DNA from: Candidatus Poribacteria bacterium
Lineage (GTDB): Bacteria > Poribacteria > WGA-4E > WGA-3G
Length of the DNA stretch: 64,000 bases
Direction of reading: 5' to 3'
NCBI GenBank assembly: GCA_965197475.1
Contig: CBDANF010000003.1
Coordinates: forward strand, 640,001 to 704,000
In this document: one piece after another, positions 51,929 through 62,226 of the stretch
Layout: each line of letters starts with the position of its first letter
Numbering within the stretch: position 1 is the stretch's first letter
The notes under the pieces: generated by a model
Database searches by the model: none
What the model was told of the DNA's origin: nothing
What the model saw: the letters and a program-made list of their open reading frames with translations, nothing else
Position numbers and translations under genes: made by a program

Positions 51929-52963
51929 TTATTCCCCAAAATACCGCCGTACAAAGGGCCATGCACCCGCTTTGTAATAACGGTGTCCACCATCACCGAT
52001 AAATAATTCGCACCTATCGGCAACGCCTGCAGCTGTGTAGATATCTTTCAATTTTTGATATGCAAATTTGACGTGTTCTATCGGAAAAATAGGATCATCC
52101 CGTCCTGCAATAGCACAAAACGGACGCGGCGCGATTAACCCCGCAACATCATACATCTCGCCTAACCGCATCACACCGGGCACATAGTTGCATTCACAAT
52201 GTCGAATAGTCCCAATGCTCCCTTCAAACGTGCAATAGTAGCAGCTTGGCACTGCAACAGCGATACGCGTTTCACACGCTGCCGCGAAAAGCGATACCGT
52301 CCCACCGCCAGAATTGCCGGTAATCGCTATCCGATCAGCATCTACGGGAAGATTTGCTATTGCCCAATCAATGAGGCGCGACATATCCCACACCCGCTCA
52401 CCAATCGGGGTTCTGCCAACGAGGATGCTATGCACCAACTCGTGTCGGCAAGAGTGCGTTTTATTATCTCTCTTATCTGCTTCGGTGCGTGTTTCACCGA
52501 ACGCACGTGTTGTCGGTGCAATAGCGATATATCCCTCTTCCACAGCTGCCTGCCGTGCAATGTCACGTTCTCCGTCTACCATCTCTTGCTCTTCTTTTTC
52601 AGAGTAAGCAATGCCAGCGTAGATATGCGGATGGTTGTGTCCATGCGGTGCAAGGATCAGTGGTACTTTCCCTTCAATTGTTTTTGGACGAAGCAGATAG
52701 AACGGTAGCGGCACCGTTGGCTCCACCCACAAATACCAACTTTCCCGAATATGATTGTCCATATCCAAAACCTCCAGCTGTTCCGATTCCGGAACATAGC
52801 CAGCAAGATCAGATTCCATGTTATCCAAACCGAGGGTTGCCCTCAATTCCGGACGAAAATTAGCTTGCCATGCTATCAAACCTTCCCTTGAAGTTTCCCG
52901 AAATTCGTATTTCCTCGGTACAGTGGCGTATAGGGTTTCAAAATGTTTATCTGCGTTATACAT
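51929..52963 (-). CDS. alpha/beta-hydrolase (dienelactone hydrolase-like)
   Basis: PHGH, ITGNSGGG, IAPRP, DPIFP, GGHRY. Confidence 0.85.
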   Translation of the reverse strand: MYNADKHFETLYATVPRKYEFRETSREGLIAWQANFRPELRATLGLDNMESDLAGYVPESEQLEVLDMDNHIRESWYLWVEPTVPLPFYLLRPKTIEGKVPLILAPHGHNHPHIYAGIAYSEKEEQEMVDGERDIARQAAVEEGYIAIAPTTRAFGETRTEADKRDNKTHSCRHELVHSILVGRTPIGERVWDMSRLIDWAIANLPVDADRIAITGNSGGGTVSLFAAACETRIAVAVPSCYYCTFEGSIGTIRHCECNYVPGVMRLGEMYDVAGLIAPRPFCAIAGRDDPIFPIEHVKFAYQKLKDIYTAAGVADRCELFIGDGGHRYYKAGAWPFVRRYFGE

Positions 52964-53126
52964 TACGGTTCTCTCCCTCGTAAATGCGCGACTACAAAAT
53001 GTTCCGTGCGTTAGATTATATCGTATTTCCGTTTTCTTGTGGTGTTTTTTTGCCAGAACTATTTTCATAGACGAATCACATCAATTCATGTTATTATGTA
53101 AAAAACAGATGGAAGGAGTGGTCGAA

Positions 53127-53971
53127 ATGAAACATTCAATAACATTTCGTTGCTTGTTTATAGTCCTGCTTTTTGTAGCAGTCGTGATTTTGCCAGCACA
53201 TTCGGTAGATGTAACTGTCGGGTTGTTGGCAGGAAGTAATGAACTCGGAGAAGTTGAGGAAGCTGCCTACCAATGGGCAGATGAAACTTTTCAAGCGACA
53301 ATACTTACGGCAGACAGCAACGGTACTTTTAAGAACAGTGGCGGTACTTCAACAAAATTGGATCAGTTCGCGGTGCTTTGGCTTTTCTATACAGAAACGA
53401 ACAAGTTACCTGAACCTTTCCTTGCAGATGTGACTAAGAAAGCAATACTTGACTACATAGAAGCGGGTGGAGGTATATTTCTCTCCGCTATGTAGCCGAC
53501 CTTGGTGTTGAAAAAGGTGGTACTCCCCGGAACCTTTCCCCTCTCGGCAAAAATCCGCCTGAAATTGGTATAATGCCAACGGATGATGCCAAAAACCATC
53601 CGGTTTTCAAAGGATTTGATACTGACGGACCAATTTTCCTCACGAGTATGGATCAGGCAGGTTTTAGTTCAGATTTCCATAACTTTGGTGCAACTTCCCC
53701 TGGAGGTAAAATTCTTGGAACAAAGACGCGCGGCGGTGGTGCTGGAGGCGGAGAACGCTCCTTTGTTGAATACGATGCGAAAGATGGAAAAATCATCACG
53801 CTTGGACATCATAACGGCGTTTACACCGATACAAAGTCAGCGGAAGGGGATAATCTCAGAAAACTTACGATGAACGTGTTTAATTACCTCGCTGAGAATT
53901 CTGCATTCCTTGCTGTTGAACCTGATGGTAAATTGACAACCACATGGGGGGGAATTTAAAGTCGGTATTGA
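53127..53971 (+). pseudogene. secreted Poribacteria-type protein with a frameshift and a nonsense lesion
   Basis: AAGGAG RBS and signal peptide. Frame breaks at about 53490 (FLSA / RYVADLGVEKGG); C-terminus reads AVEPDGKLTTTWGGI*SRY*. Confidence 0.75.
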
Positions 53972-54003
53972 AATAAGTTATCACATTGCGCTTTGCAACA
54001 CAA

Positions 54004-54030
54004 ACCCGTAACATGATACTGTTACGGGTT
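54004..54030. terminator. hairpin between convergent genes
   Basis: aacccgtaaca-tgatac-tgttacgggtt. Confidence 0.6.
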
Positions 54031-54071
54031 CCCTTTTATGTACGTGGTTATCTTAGACTGTAATACGTATC

Positions 54072-54358
54072 TCACAAAATTGTCTCTTTATCTGTTTCTG
54101 ATGACGTGGCAAGAATAGACGGATTCAAGAGCGAGTGGTGCAATATCCAATAAATTGCTGCTACAACCACACCACCGAGAAGTGTTGCTATCAACCATAT
54201 AATAGATGCTACAAAAATTGGAGTTTCTAATCGTTTGGCATCTCGGTATATTGCTACTGCAAACGTAATATGCACTATAATAGTCGCAATCCAAAACGCA
54301 ACTACCAAAAAATACCAATCCCAGCTGGAAATCCCCATCCGCTAAAATTAAAATTCAT
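54072..54358 (-). CDS. small membrane protein, possibly frameshifted near its 5' end
   Basis: The GGAGG-led ATG at 54358 stops after 18 codons; the main frame (FAVAIYRDAKRL...WLIATLLGG) differs by one base; T6 run at 54307-54312. Confidence 0.55.
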
Positions 54359-54508
54359 TTTCAATTCCTCCATGCTATTTTTAAGGTATAGTATACATCG
54401 CACTCATCTAAGTGTCAATGTTTTCAAACTGTACAGTGCAATTCAGTTCTCTAACGGGTAGATTTGTAATTCCAAGAAATGATATATGAGATAGATTCTA
54501 AATACCTT

Positions 54509-54537
54509 TTGACAACAACCAATTATTGTGCTACTAT
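54509..54537 (+). promoter_or_regulatory. sigma70-like promoter
   Basis: TTGACA-17 bp-TACTAT upstream of the peptidase. Confidence 0.6.
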
Positions 54538-54586
54538 GAAGATCTTAGATGTTCAAAATACCTATTCCCTAACAGATTGAAGAAAT

Positions 54587-55768
54587 ATGAAAATACCTGA
54601 GATCCAAACTGCTTTAGCAACATTAAACCTTGATGCCTGGCTTCTATACGATTTTCGCGGCATCAATCCAATTTCACAAAACGTAGCAGGCTTAGCTGGG
54701 GCAAACATCACTCGTCGATGGTTCTGCCTTATTCCTTCACGGGGTGAACCGCGCTGGTTAATTCATCGGATAGAAACATCAAATTTCACCGATGTGCCCG
54801 GAAACGTTTCACTTTACGCCGGATGGCAAGAACTCAATGAGGAGATGAAATCACTTTTCGCTGGTGCCAAATCGGTTGCTATGGAGTATTCACCAAATGC
54901 ATCAATTCCGTACATCTCACGCGTAGACGCAGGCACGTTAGAATGGATTCGCACTTTTGGGATTGAGGTCCATTCGTCAGCAGAACTCGCGCAATATGTG
55001 GAAGCGTGCCTAAGCGAAGCACAATACGCAGGACATCAAAAATCTGCACACCTAATCCTGCAAGCAAAAGATTTTGCCTTCACGTGGATTGGGGATCAAC
55101 TTAAGGCTGGCAGGACCATTACTGAATACGATGTGCAGCAGCAGATTCTCAAACAATTTGATGAGATGGAGCTTACAACCGATCATCTTCCAATTGTTGC
55201 TGTCAATGCTAACAGCGGCGACCCCCATTACGCACCAACTGAAACCCACACACAACAGATTAAAGCGGGGGACTTCATCCTAATTGACCTATGGGCAAAG
55301 CAGAAAGACCGGGATGCTGTTTTCGCCGATACAACGTGGGTAGCTTATGCGGGATCAACCGTTCCTGACCGATACGTCGAAATTTTTGAGATTGTCAGAG
55401 AGGCGCGGGATAGGGCTGTGGCGTTCATACGTGAAAAATGGGCAGCAAACGAACCGATTCCAGGCTATGCTGTTGACGACTGTGTCCGCGGGTACATCAC
55501 AGAAAAAGGATATGGACAATACTTTATCCACCGCACGGGACACAACATCGGTACTGTTATACACGGAAATGGCGTAAATTTAGACAATCTGGAAACACGA
55601 GACGAGCGGGTACTTATTCCCGGCATCTGTTTCTCAATTGAACCCGGAATTTATCTCACCGATTTCGGCGTGCGGACTGAAATTGATGTCTTTTTAGCCG
55701 GAGAAGGGAGAGATGACGTAATATTGACAACCGCGCCCGTTCAAAATCAGGTATTGCCTCTGCTGTAA
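54587..55768 (+). CDS. M24 family metallopeptidase (Xaa-Pro aminopeptidase-like)
   Basis: DPHY, LIDLWAK, ADTTW, HRTGHNIG, FSIEPGIY, GVRTEID. Confidence 0.92.
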   Translation: MKIPEIQTALATLNLDAWLLYDFRGINPISQNVAGLAGANITRRWFCLIPSRGEPRWLIHRIETSNFTDVPGNVSLYAGWQELNEEMKSLFAGAKSVAMEYSPNASIPYISRVDAGTLEWIRTFGIEVHSSAELAQYVEACLSEAQYAGHQKSAHLILQAKDFAFTWIGDQLKAGRTITEYDVQQQILKQFDEMELTTDHLPIVAVNANSGDPHYAPTETHTQQIKAGDFILIDLWAKQKDRDAVFADTTWVAYAGSTVPDRYVEIFEIVREARDRAVAFIREKWAANEPIPGYAVDDCVRGYITEKGYGQYFIHRTGHNIGTVIHGNGVNLDNLETRDERVLIPGICFSIEPGIYLTDFGVRTEIDVFLAGEGRDDVILTTAPVQNQVLPLL

Positions 55769-56507
55769 CTTTATAATTCCGTTTCTTCAAATCTTTAAGA
55801 ATGTGAGCAAAGTAGAGTCGAACGTTAAGTAACCACTGTTCAGCATAAGCGGTAGCAAGTAGCGGTAATGCTATTGATAAACGCGGTGCGTTAAGAAGCC
55901 ACTGTTCCGCATACGCAGCGAAGTCTGTTTCAACGAGTCCCGTACACCCGAGCGTGTAGATCACATAACGTTTGCCATCACGTTGTGCTTCTTGAACCTC
56001 AAGTGGCGTTTTAAGAGACATACGTCTTGCACTGTCAATTTCAAATACCCAGAAAAAGTAATCTTCGTTATGTGCGAGATAACCGATCTCCACTTCAAGT
56101 TGATGGGGTGCGTCAGTTGGGATCGGGATCGCCTCCAGATCGCGTTTTACTAAAACTGGATACAACGCAGCGAAAAATATCTGCTCTAATCCGAGCGGCT
56201 GTTCTACATGGTTGAGGATTTGCAATAGGGTTTGTTGGTCTTGCTGTTTTTGTAGTTCAAGGCAACTTTTTGAGAAAACTTCGTCGCGCAGTGCATGTGT
56301 TTCGGGGGAAGCATTTTCAGCAAGCGGTTTCAATTCCTGCATCAACTTAAGGATACGGCGGCGTTTGGGTAAAACTCGCCAAAACACCCAACGTGCCAAT
56401 GCTTGCCACGTCTCTTTCTCAATCAATAGCAACAAAAACGCTCGCACAGCAGTAGAAATTCGTTGAAAGATGCTTTCAGATGCAAGACCTTTTCTTTGGT
56501 TTGCCAT
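55656..56507 (-). CDS. hypothetical protein (3' end overlaps the M24 gene)
   Basis: 283-aa ORF filling the gap; internal duplication AYAEQWLLN twice. Confidence 0.55.
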   Translation of the reverse strand: MANQRKGLASESIFQRISTAVRAFLLLLIEKETWQALARWVFWRVLPKRRRILKLMQELKPLAENASPETHALRDEVFSKSCLELQKQQDQQTLLQILNHVEQPLGLEQIFFAALYPVLVKRDLEAIPIPTDAPHQLEVEIGYLAHNEDYFFWVFEIDSARRMSLKTPLEVQEAQRDGKRYVIYTLGCTGLVETDFAAYAEQWLLNAPRLSIALPLLATAYAEQWLLNVRLYFAHILKDLKKRNYKVTAEAIPDFERARLSILRHLSLLRLKRHQFQSARRNR

Positions 56508-56513
56508 ATTTTT

Positions 56514-56542
56514 TTGACTTTTCTCCTAAAATGTGTTATATT
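56514..56542 (+). promoter_or_regulatory. likely tRNA promoter
   Basis: TTGACT-17 bp-TATATT. Confidence 0.55.
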
Positions 56543-56572
56543 TAAGAACAAGATATGTTTAGGCAAATTATT

Positions 56573-56635
56573 GTGGAGGGTTTCTAACCCTATTTCTAAG
56601 ATTTCTTGTAGGAGGGGTTTCTAACCCCTATTTCT
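56573..56635 (+). repeat. tandem REP-like repeats upstream of the tRNA; related inverted copy at about 59460-59480
   Basis: ggaggg(g)tttctaaccctatttct twice; ggggttagaaacccctctcac. Confidence 0.55.
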
Positions 56636-56640
56636 TTTTT

Positions 56641-56725
56641 GCCGGAGTGGTGAAATCGGTAGACGCACTGGACTCAAAATCCAGCGGGCCCTAGGTCCAT
56701 GTCGGTTCGAGTCCGACCTCCGGCA
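56641..56725 (+). tRNA. tRNA-Leu(CAA)
   Basis: GCCGGAG/CTCCGGC acceptor stem, anticodon arm ctgga-ctCAAaa-tccag, long variable arm, GGTTCGAGTCC; CCA not encoded. Confidence 0.96.
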
Positions 56726-56727
56726 TC

Positions 56728-56756
56728 AGGCGATGGTTTAGACAAGCCATCGCCTC
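56728..56756. terminator. hairpin after the tRNA
   Basis: aggcgatggttt-agac-aagccatcgcct. Confidence 0.6.
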
Positions 56757-56768
56757 CTCTTTTAACAT

Positions 56769-57560
56769 TTACATGGCAATTATTTTACGCATCCGTTCTG
56801 CAAGATCAATTTGTGCTTCTCTATCCCCGCCGACTTCATGAACAACGTAACCGTCATAACCGACAGCACGAAACGCTTCCATCACCGCTGCCCAATCTGT
56901 ATCGCCATCTAATAGATTCACAAATCGATGTGAGCCGCGCGAGAAATCCTTGAAATGCACCCGCTTAATACGATGTCCAAGTTCACGGATCCAGTGTTCG
57001 GGATAACCATACGCCATCATGTTCGCGGTATCCAGATAGGTTCCAACCCAGTCACTGCCTATTTCGTCCACAATCTCGCGCATCTCTTTCGGGCTAAGTA
57101 GGAATTTGTTCCATACGTTTTCCAGACCGATGGCAACTTTGTGTGTTTCAGCTGAAGGTGCGAGGTCTTTTAGAATTCCAACGAGATTATCCCACACCTG
57201 TTGATAAGTTCCTTCAACGCTAAGTTGACCGGGGTGTAGCAAAATCCCGCCTACGCCGAGTGCTCCTGCAACCTCTAATCCACGTGCAAGCGATCTTGCA
57301 CCGTTCTTACGTTGCTCCGCATCAAGGCTGAGCAAGTTACCACGATTCGCATAACCTGCTGTTATACTGCCGATCTCAACTCCCGCATCTTCACACTTCG
57401 CAGCGATCTCTTGCAGTTCAGTATCACTCATATTGATGTCCGTGTCCTTACCTTCACCAAAGGTAAGCTCAACGGCATCGTAGCGAGCATCTTGGCAAAG
57501 CGAGAGTGTATCATCCAGTGACATATTTCCGAGAATTATTTGGGTAACGCCTATCTTCAT
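56769..57560 (-). CDS. sugar phosphate isomerase/epimerase (AP endonuclease 2 TIM barrel)
   Basis: GLENVWNKFLLSP, YLDTAN, VHFKDF, GYDGYVVHE. Confidence 0.9.
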   Translation of the reverse strand: MKIGVTQIILGNMSLDDTLSLCQDARYDAVELTFGEGKDTDINMSDTELQEIAAKCEDAGVEIGSITAGYANRGNLLSLDAEQRKNGARSLARGLEVAGALGVGGILLHPGQLSVEGTYQQVWDNLVGILKDLAPSAETHKVAIGLENVWNKFLLSPKEMREIVDEIGSDWVGTYLDTANMMAYGYPEHWIRELGHRIKRVHFKDFSRGSHRFVNLLDGDTDWAAVMEAFRAVGYDGYVVHEVGGDREAQIDLAERMRKIIAM

Positions 57561-57886
57561 CTTTGCTTTTCTTTCTCCTTTTCGGAATAGAAATGTGTTG
57601 ATGTCAACGCTTGTATGCACAAGTAACGTGTCTCAAGACATTGTGGACACCGCAGTTCAACATAATATACATCGTTAAACACAGCATCAATCCAATCTGA
57701 AAGCCTATTTTGGGTTTCACCTAAAAACTGTTCAAGCACCTCATATTCGCGATCACAATCCGGACAGATTTGCAGGTCTTGTCCTATGTCAATACTGTCT
57801 AACCATCCCATCTTTGCTGTATGGCGAGGTTTCTGTATCCCGCCATATCTCCATTCTATTGGTACGGTGGGTTCCATATCCCGCAT
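57557..57886 (-). CDS. small hypothetical Zn-binding protein
   Basis: CPDC...CPQC; ATGA overlap with the downstream gene; start uncertain. Confidence 0.55.
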   Translation of the reverse strand: MRDMEPTVPIEWRYGGIQKPRHTAKMGWLDSIDIGQDLQICPDCDREYEVLEQFLGETQNRLSDWIDAVFNDVYYVELRCPQCLETRYLCIQALTSTHFYSEKEKEKQR

Positions 57887-57982
57887 GTTTCGGAGATGTC
57901 ATCAATGGGAGGGCACGGAGACCCGCCCCTACATTTAGCTGGAATTATCTTTACGCCGAATATCCTATCCAGCGTCAATTTA

Positions 57983-59284
57983 CTACGCGCTGTTAGAAGA
58001 TACCGAAAATTGCGATACTGACTTGAGATAACGACTCGGCAAGCGCGCCTTGACGTAAACCGCATCCTCAGCGTATTCTGTCCCCAAGACCGTCCCATGT
58101 TTATATAGTATGTCTAACGCTTTTCCCTCTGTATAAGGGATACTCAGGTCAAGCATAACGCCGTGGGACAGAAAACGTTCCGCTAACATCTCCATTAAGT
58201 CTGTAATACCATCTCCACGCTGTGCTGAGATAGGTTTTGCCTCTGGATAACGGGTCTGAAGAATATGTAATAGATCTTCCGTTTCGAGTTGGTCGATTTT
58301 ATTGAAAACCATCACCATCGGGATATCGGATGCCTCCAATTCCGTAAGCACCTTGTCCACAGCAGCGATTTGTGCTTCTGCTTTTGGATGGCTAATATCA
58401 ACAACATGCAGCAAGAGATCCGCCTCCGTGACCTCTTCCAACGTTGCTTTGAACGCGGCAACAAGTTGATGCGGTAATTTCTTGATAAATCCCACAGTAT
58501 CGCTCAAGAGAATGTTCTGGTTTTTCGGCAACCTCACCTGACGCGTGGTTGAATCTAAAGTGGCAAACAGTTTATCTTCTGTCAAAACGTTTTCGCCTGT
58601 CAATGTATTAAAGATTGTTGATTTCCCAGCGTTGGTATATCCGACAAGAGAGATTTTGATTTTTTCTGATCGGTTTTGCCGTTGAACTTGTCGCCGCTTT
58701 TCAACCGTCGCTAATGCTTTTTTGACTTGAGAAATTTGCCTACGAACCCATCGACGGTCCATTTCAAGCTGCGTTTCACCGGGACCCCGTAGCGTGCTAC
58801 TACCGCTACCCCCGCTGGTTGCAAGTCGTGAAAGGTGCGTCCACATCCGTGTGAGTCGCGGGAGCGCATATTCCAATTGTGCCAAAGCGACTTGCAAACG
58901 CGCTTCACTGGTTAAGGCGCGTTGCGCAAAAACCAGCAAGATAAGACCTGTCCTGTCAACGGTTGCAATATCAAGTTCTCCCTCGATATTTCGTGTCTGT
59001 GCAGGTGATAATTCTTCGTCAAAGATGATTACATCTGCTTCAAGTTCCGCTACGACCTCCTTGAGTTCTTCAACCTTACCCTCTCCGATAAAATAGGTTG
59101 GATTCGGTGTATTACGCTGCTGAATTGTCTCACAAACAATTTCAATTCCCGCAGTTTCAGTCAGTTGTTGAAGTTCTTGCAGCGATTCCTCCGTTTCGTG
59201 CATCATCGCATCGCGCAGTTTTACGCCGACAAGGATGGCACGAGAGGGTGGGTTTGGCGTTTGTGTATCATAAAGTTGTTGCAT
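57983..59284 (-). CDS. hflX: ribosome-splitting GTPase HflX
   Basis: GPGETQLEMDRR, GYTNAGKST, LFATLD, DTVGF, NKID; AAGGAG RBS. Confidence 0.96.
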   Translation of the reverse strand: MQQLYDTQTPNPPSRAILVGVKLRDAMMHETEESLQELQQLTETAGIEIVCETIQQRNTPNPTYFIGEGKVEELKEVVAELEADVIIFDEELSPAQTRNIEGELDIATVDRTGLILLVFAQRALTSEARLQVALAQLEYALPRLTRMWTHLSRLATSGGSGSSTLRGPGETQLEMDRRWVRRQISQVKKALATVEKRRQVQRQNRSEKIKISLVGYTNAGKSTIFNTLTGENVLTEDKLFATLDSTTRQVRLPKNQNILLSDTVGFIKKLPHQLVAAFKATLEEVTEADLLLHVVDISHPKAEAQIAAVDKVLTELEASDIPMVMVFNKIDQLETEDLLHILQTRYPEAKPISAQRGDGITDLMEMLAERFLSHGVMLDLSIPYTEGKALDILYKHGTVLGTEYAEDAVYVKARLPSRYLKSVSQFSVSSNSA

Positions 59285-59676
59285 CTTATCTCCTTTCAAC
59301 TGTAAACTGTAACGGAATTCGGTTAGCACTATATACAGTTTATCAGATTCACACGCTGTTTTCAACCAAAACGTTACAAATTAGGACAATTTAGTTGAGG
59401 ATGCGTCTTATAATTGGAATTTGTTCAAATCAACGTCAAATGCGCGTATGGTATTCATCGGGGTTAGAAACCCCTCTCACAAGAGCGTTTGAGAAAAAAG
59501 TGGCAACTTGGGTTAATTATAGTAGGACGTTTTCCACGTCCCACGGACGTGCTAATGCCAAGCGGTACAAGGAATAGGACGTGTTTTTGTGTTTTTCTTT
59601 TTCCCATCTTTGGGTCTCACCGCGAGGCATGAAGCAGGAAACAGACGAACAAGCTACAGATTGTTGTGTGATAATA

Positions 59677-59705
59677 ATTTTAACATAAATAATTCTTGTT
59701 GTCAA
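59677..59705 (-). promoter_or_regulatory. sigma70 promoter pointing towards hflX
   Basis: Minus strand TTGACA-17 bp-TAAAAT. Confidence 0.7.
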
Positions 59706-59880
59706 GGAAAAAATTGAAATTTCCCATACGTCCATCTTAGTATCCATAGTTTTGTTCAATTGTAGATGAATCGAAAAATGATCCCATACTATCAGAAAAT
59801 ATATTGGACTCAATGTTCCGAGTTATGCTAAAATATAAGTACTATAAGAATTAACACTGGTTAAAACGTACTTACATAGA

Positions 59881-60612
59881 GTGATTTACATGATACTTCA
59901 GAATTTTCGCGTTGAGACTGCAGATTACCACAATTTTATGATCTCTTTGCCTGTAAAATCGGTTGATCTAATCTTAACCGATCCCCCATATTGCATAAGC
60001 AAAAAGACCGGGTTTTCGTCGGTGATAAATGGGGAGAAAAAGTTCGCTGTTAGTATGGACTTTGGCCAGTGGGATCAAACTGAAGTCAACCTTGAAGATA
60101 TGGCAAAAACGTTTTATGATGCTTTACGGCGTGGGGGAACTGCAATTGTGTGGTATGATATTTGGAAAATCGGTAAGTTGAAGGAAGCGATGGAATCTGC
60201 TGGCTTTAAGATGATTCGGCAAATTATCTGGCAGAAAACCAACCCTGTACCGTTGAATATGAGGGCAACTTATCTATCCAATAGCCGAGAAATGGCAGTT
60301 GCTGGAGTTAAAGGAGGAAAGCCCACCTTTAATAGTGAATACGATTCTGGTATTTATGAGTATCCCATCCCGCGGCACAATGGAAATCGGATGCACCCCA
60401 CACAAAAACCTTTATTATTGTTTGAAGATTTGGTGAAAAAACACAGTAATACGGGAGACCTTATAGTAGACCCGTTTCTTGGTTCAGGCACTACAGGAGT
60501 TGCTGCTGTTAGAAATTTCCGAAGATTCGTAGGTTGCGACGTAGACAATAACTATGTAAAAGCAGCTCGTAAAAGAATAAAAATGATTGAAACCGAACAA
60601 GTTACCAATTAG
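59881..60612 (+). CDS. orphan N6-A/N4-C DNA methyltransferase (beta class)
   Basis: LTDPPY precedes HPTQKP and DPFLGSGTT. Confidence 0.9.
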   Translation: MIYMILQNFRVETADYHNFMISLPVKSVDLILTDPPYCISKKTGFSSVINGEKKFAVSMDFGQWDQTEVNLEDMAKTFYDALRRGGTAIVWYDIWKIGKLKEAMESAGFKMIRQIIWQKTNPVPLNMRATYLSNSREMAVAGVKGGKPTFNSEYDSGIYEYPIPRHNGNRMHPTQKPLLLFEDLVKKHSNTGDLIVDPFLGSGTTGVAAVRNFRRFVGCDVDNNYVKAARKRIKMIETEQVTN

Positions 60613-60786
60613 CATTTACGCAAGAGTTTCCGTGATTTCGCCACGTTTAATGTATCCAAACGATGGGCAGGCACAGAGACCCATGCCTACAATGAAAAAC
60701 GGACAACTTTTGCTAAAACTTTACACACCTATAAAGTACAATTTGCCTTGCATACATCTATAGTATATGTTAGAATTAAGATTATT

Positions 60787-61248
60787 GTGAAAGATAACAA
60801 AAAATCCTCACAGAACCCTATAATTACTGTCAATCGGAAAGCGCGGTATGACTATCATCTGCGCGACCGGTATGAAGCAGGCATCGTTTTGCAGGGGACT
60901 GAAGTGAAAGCGATTCGAAACGGGCAGTTCAATCTGACAGATAGTTACGCACAAATAACGGCGGGAGAGGTATTCCTGATTGATGCGTTTATCGGTTTGT
61001 ATGATCAGGGTAATCGGATGAATCATGAACCGAAGCGCACCCGTAAACTGTTGTTACATCGTAGCGAAATAAAAAAACTGGAACGTTTAGTTCAATCAAA
61101 GGGAATGACCCTAATTCCGACTCGCGCTTACTTCAGCGGAGGAAAGGTTAAGTTAGAGTTAGCTGTCGCAGAAGGTAAACAACTTTACGACAAACGTGAT
61201 AAAATTGATCGCGAACAGGCTAGCCGTGAAATACGTACATATTCATAA
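60787..61248 (+). CDS. smpB: SsrA-binding protein
   Basis: NRKARYDY, EAGIVLQGTEVKAIR, RTRKLLLH, GKQLYDKR. Confidence 0.97.
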   Translation: MKDNKKSSQNPIITVNRKARYDYHLRDRYEAGIVLQGTEVKAIRNGQFNLTDSYAQITAGEVFLIDAFIGLYDQGNRMNHEPKRTRKLLLHRSEIKKLERLVQSKGMTLIPTRAYFSGGKVKLELAVAEGKQLYDKRDKIDREQASREIRTYS

Positions 61249-61267
61249 ACTCACAAAATAAAATTTT

Positions 61268-61621
61268 GGGGGTGACACCAGGTTTCGACGGAGGTAATTG
61301 CGATACAGGTTGCATGTCGAGGTCTCCGCAGGCCTCGTAAAATAGGCGGAACAATAATAATTGCTGATCAAGAATTAGCACTAGCTGCCTAAACTCAGCT
61401 ACGCTTGGTTGACTTGTTTCCCGTCAGGGATGCTAAAGCGCCGCAATACGGGATAGCGGTTTGGTTGTTCTCAAGGGACATTCCGCGAAGTTTAACTTGA
61501 GATAGCCTTTTATGGATCCTGCACAGGGGAGTCTAAAAGGCGAAACTCAAATCCTGTGATAAACATGTAGGAACCTCTATCAATATGCTTTCGGACGCGG
61601 GTTCGATTCCCGCCACCTCCA
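61268..61621 (+). ncRNA. ssrA: tmRNA; tag peptide (A)ADQELALAA at 61363-61392
   Basis: GGGGGTG...TTCGAC 5' end, GACGCGGGTTCGATTCCCGCCACCTCCA 3' end, G3-U wobble pair, directly after smpB. Confidence 0.96.
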
Positions 61622-61833
61622 TCGCCAATTGGCACAAAAATTTTTGGTTCAGACAAATTGACGCATACCTACATTTGTCAACAACCGAAAACGAAATTTT
61701 TACTATCTTTTCGCGGATAAACTGTTTCTATAATCATAGACTATACTTCAAAACACTTTGACATTTTTCGCAGCTATCTCGGCGTTTGCGTAGGACAATT
61801 CATTGCCCTTTTACATTCACGGGGTGTAGCACG

Positions 61834-62226
61834 ATGGCAGATTTTGAAAATCTACCAACCCGCATACAACGGATTGTTAAAGCAGAATTGCAGTCTGACG
61901 AACAGATCTGTTTGTGTATCCTTGGTCGTTCCTCGCTGCTGCACCCCGATTTTGTGTTGATTACCACGTTACGGGTGCTAATCTTAGACGAGCGGTATAT
62001 GGGAAGTCTCGCAATTTCTTACGCCAATATCCGGTGTAATGTGTTTTTTAGTGAGATAAGTGCCGTAAAACTTGCTCGATTCCTGAAACATCGATTATTA
62101 GGGCAGGCACGGCTTGAAATAAACGTCAAACGTAATATGTATTGGATTGACAACATGAGTTTTCGTGAAGCGCGCGGCGCGCGCCAGCTCATCACCGAAC
62201 AGATAGAGAGGTACAATTATGGGTGA
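61834..62226 (+). CDS. bacterial PH-domain-like protein
   Basis: [17 protein letters not shown] pattern; overlaps the next gene. Confidence 0.55.
   Translation: MADFENLPTRIQRIVKAELQSDEQICLCILGRSSLLHPDFVLITTLRVLILDERYMGSLAISYANIRCNVFFSEISAVKLARFLKHRLLGQARLEINVKRNMYWIDNMSFREARGARQLITEQIERYNYG

Noticed and set aside
59493-59670. Retron msr-msd
   Set aside because: It has a closing inverted repeat, but there is no reverse transcriptase in the window.
61600-61800. Integrative element at the tmRNA or tRNA-Leu 3' end
   Set aside because: No integrase follows either gene, and I saw no duplicate of their 3' ends in the window.
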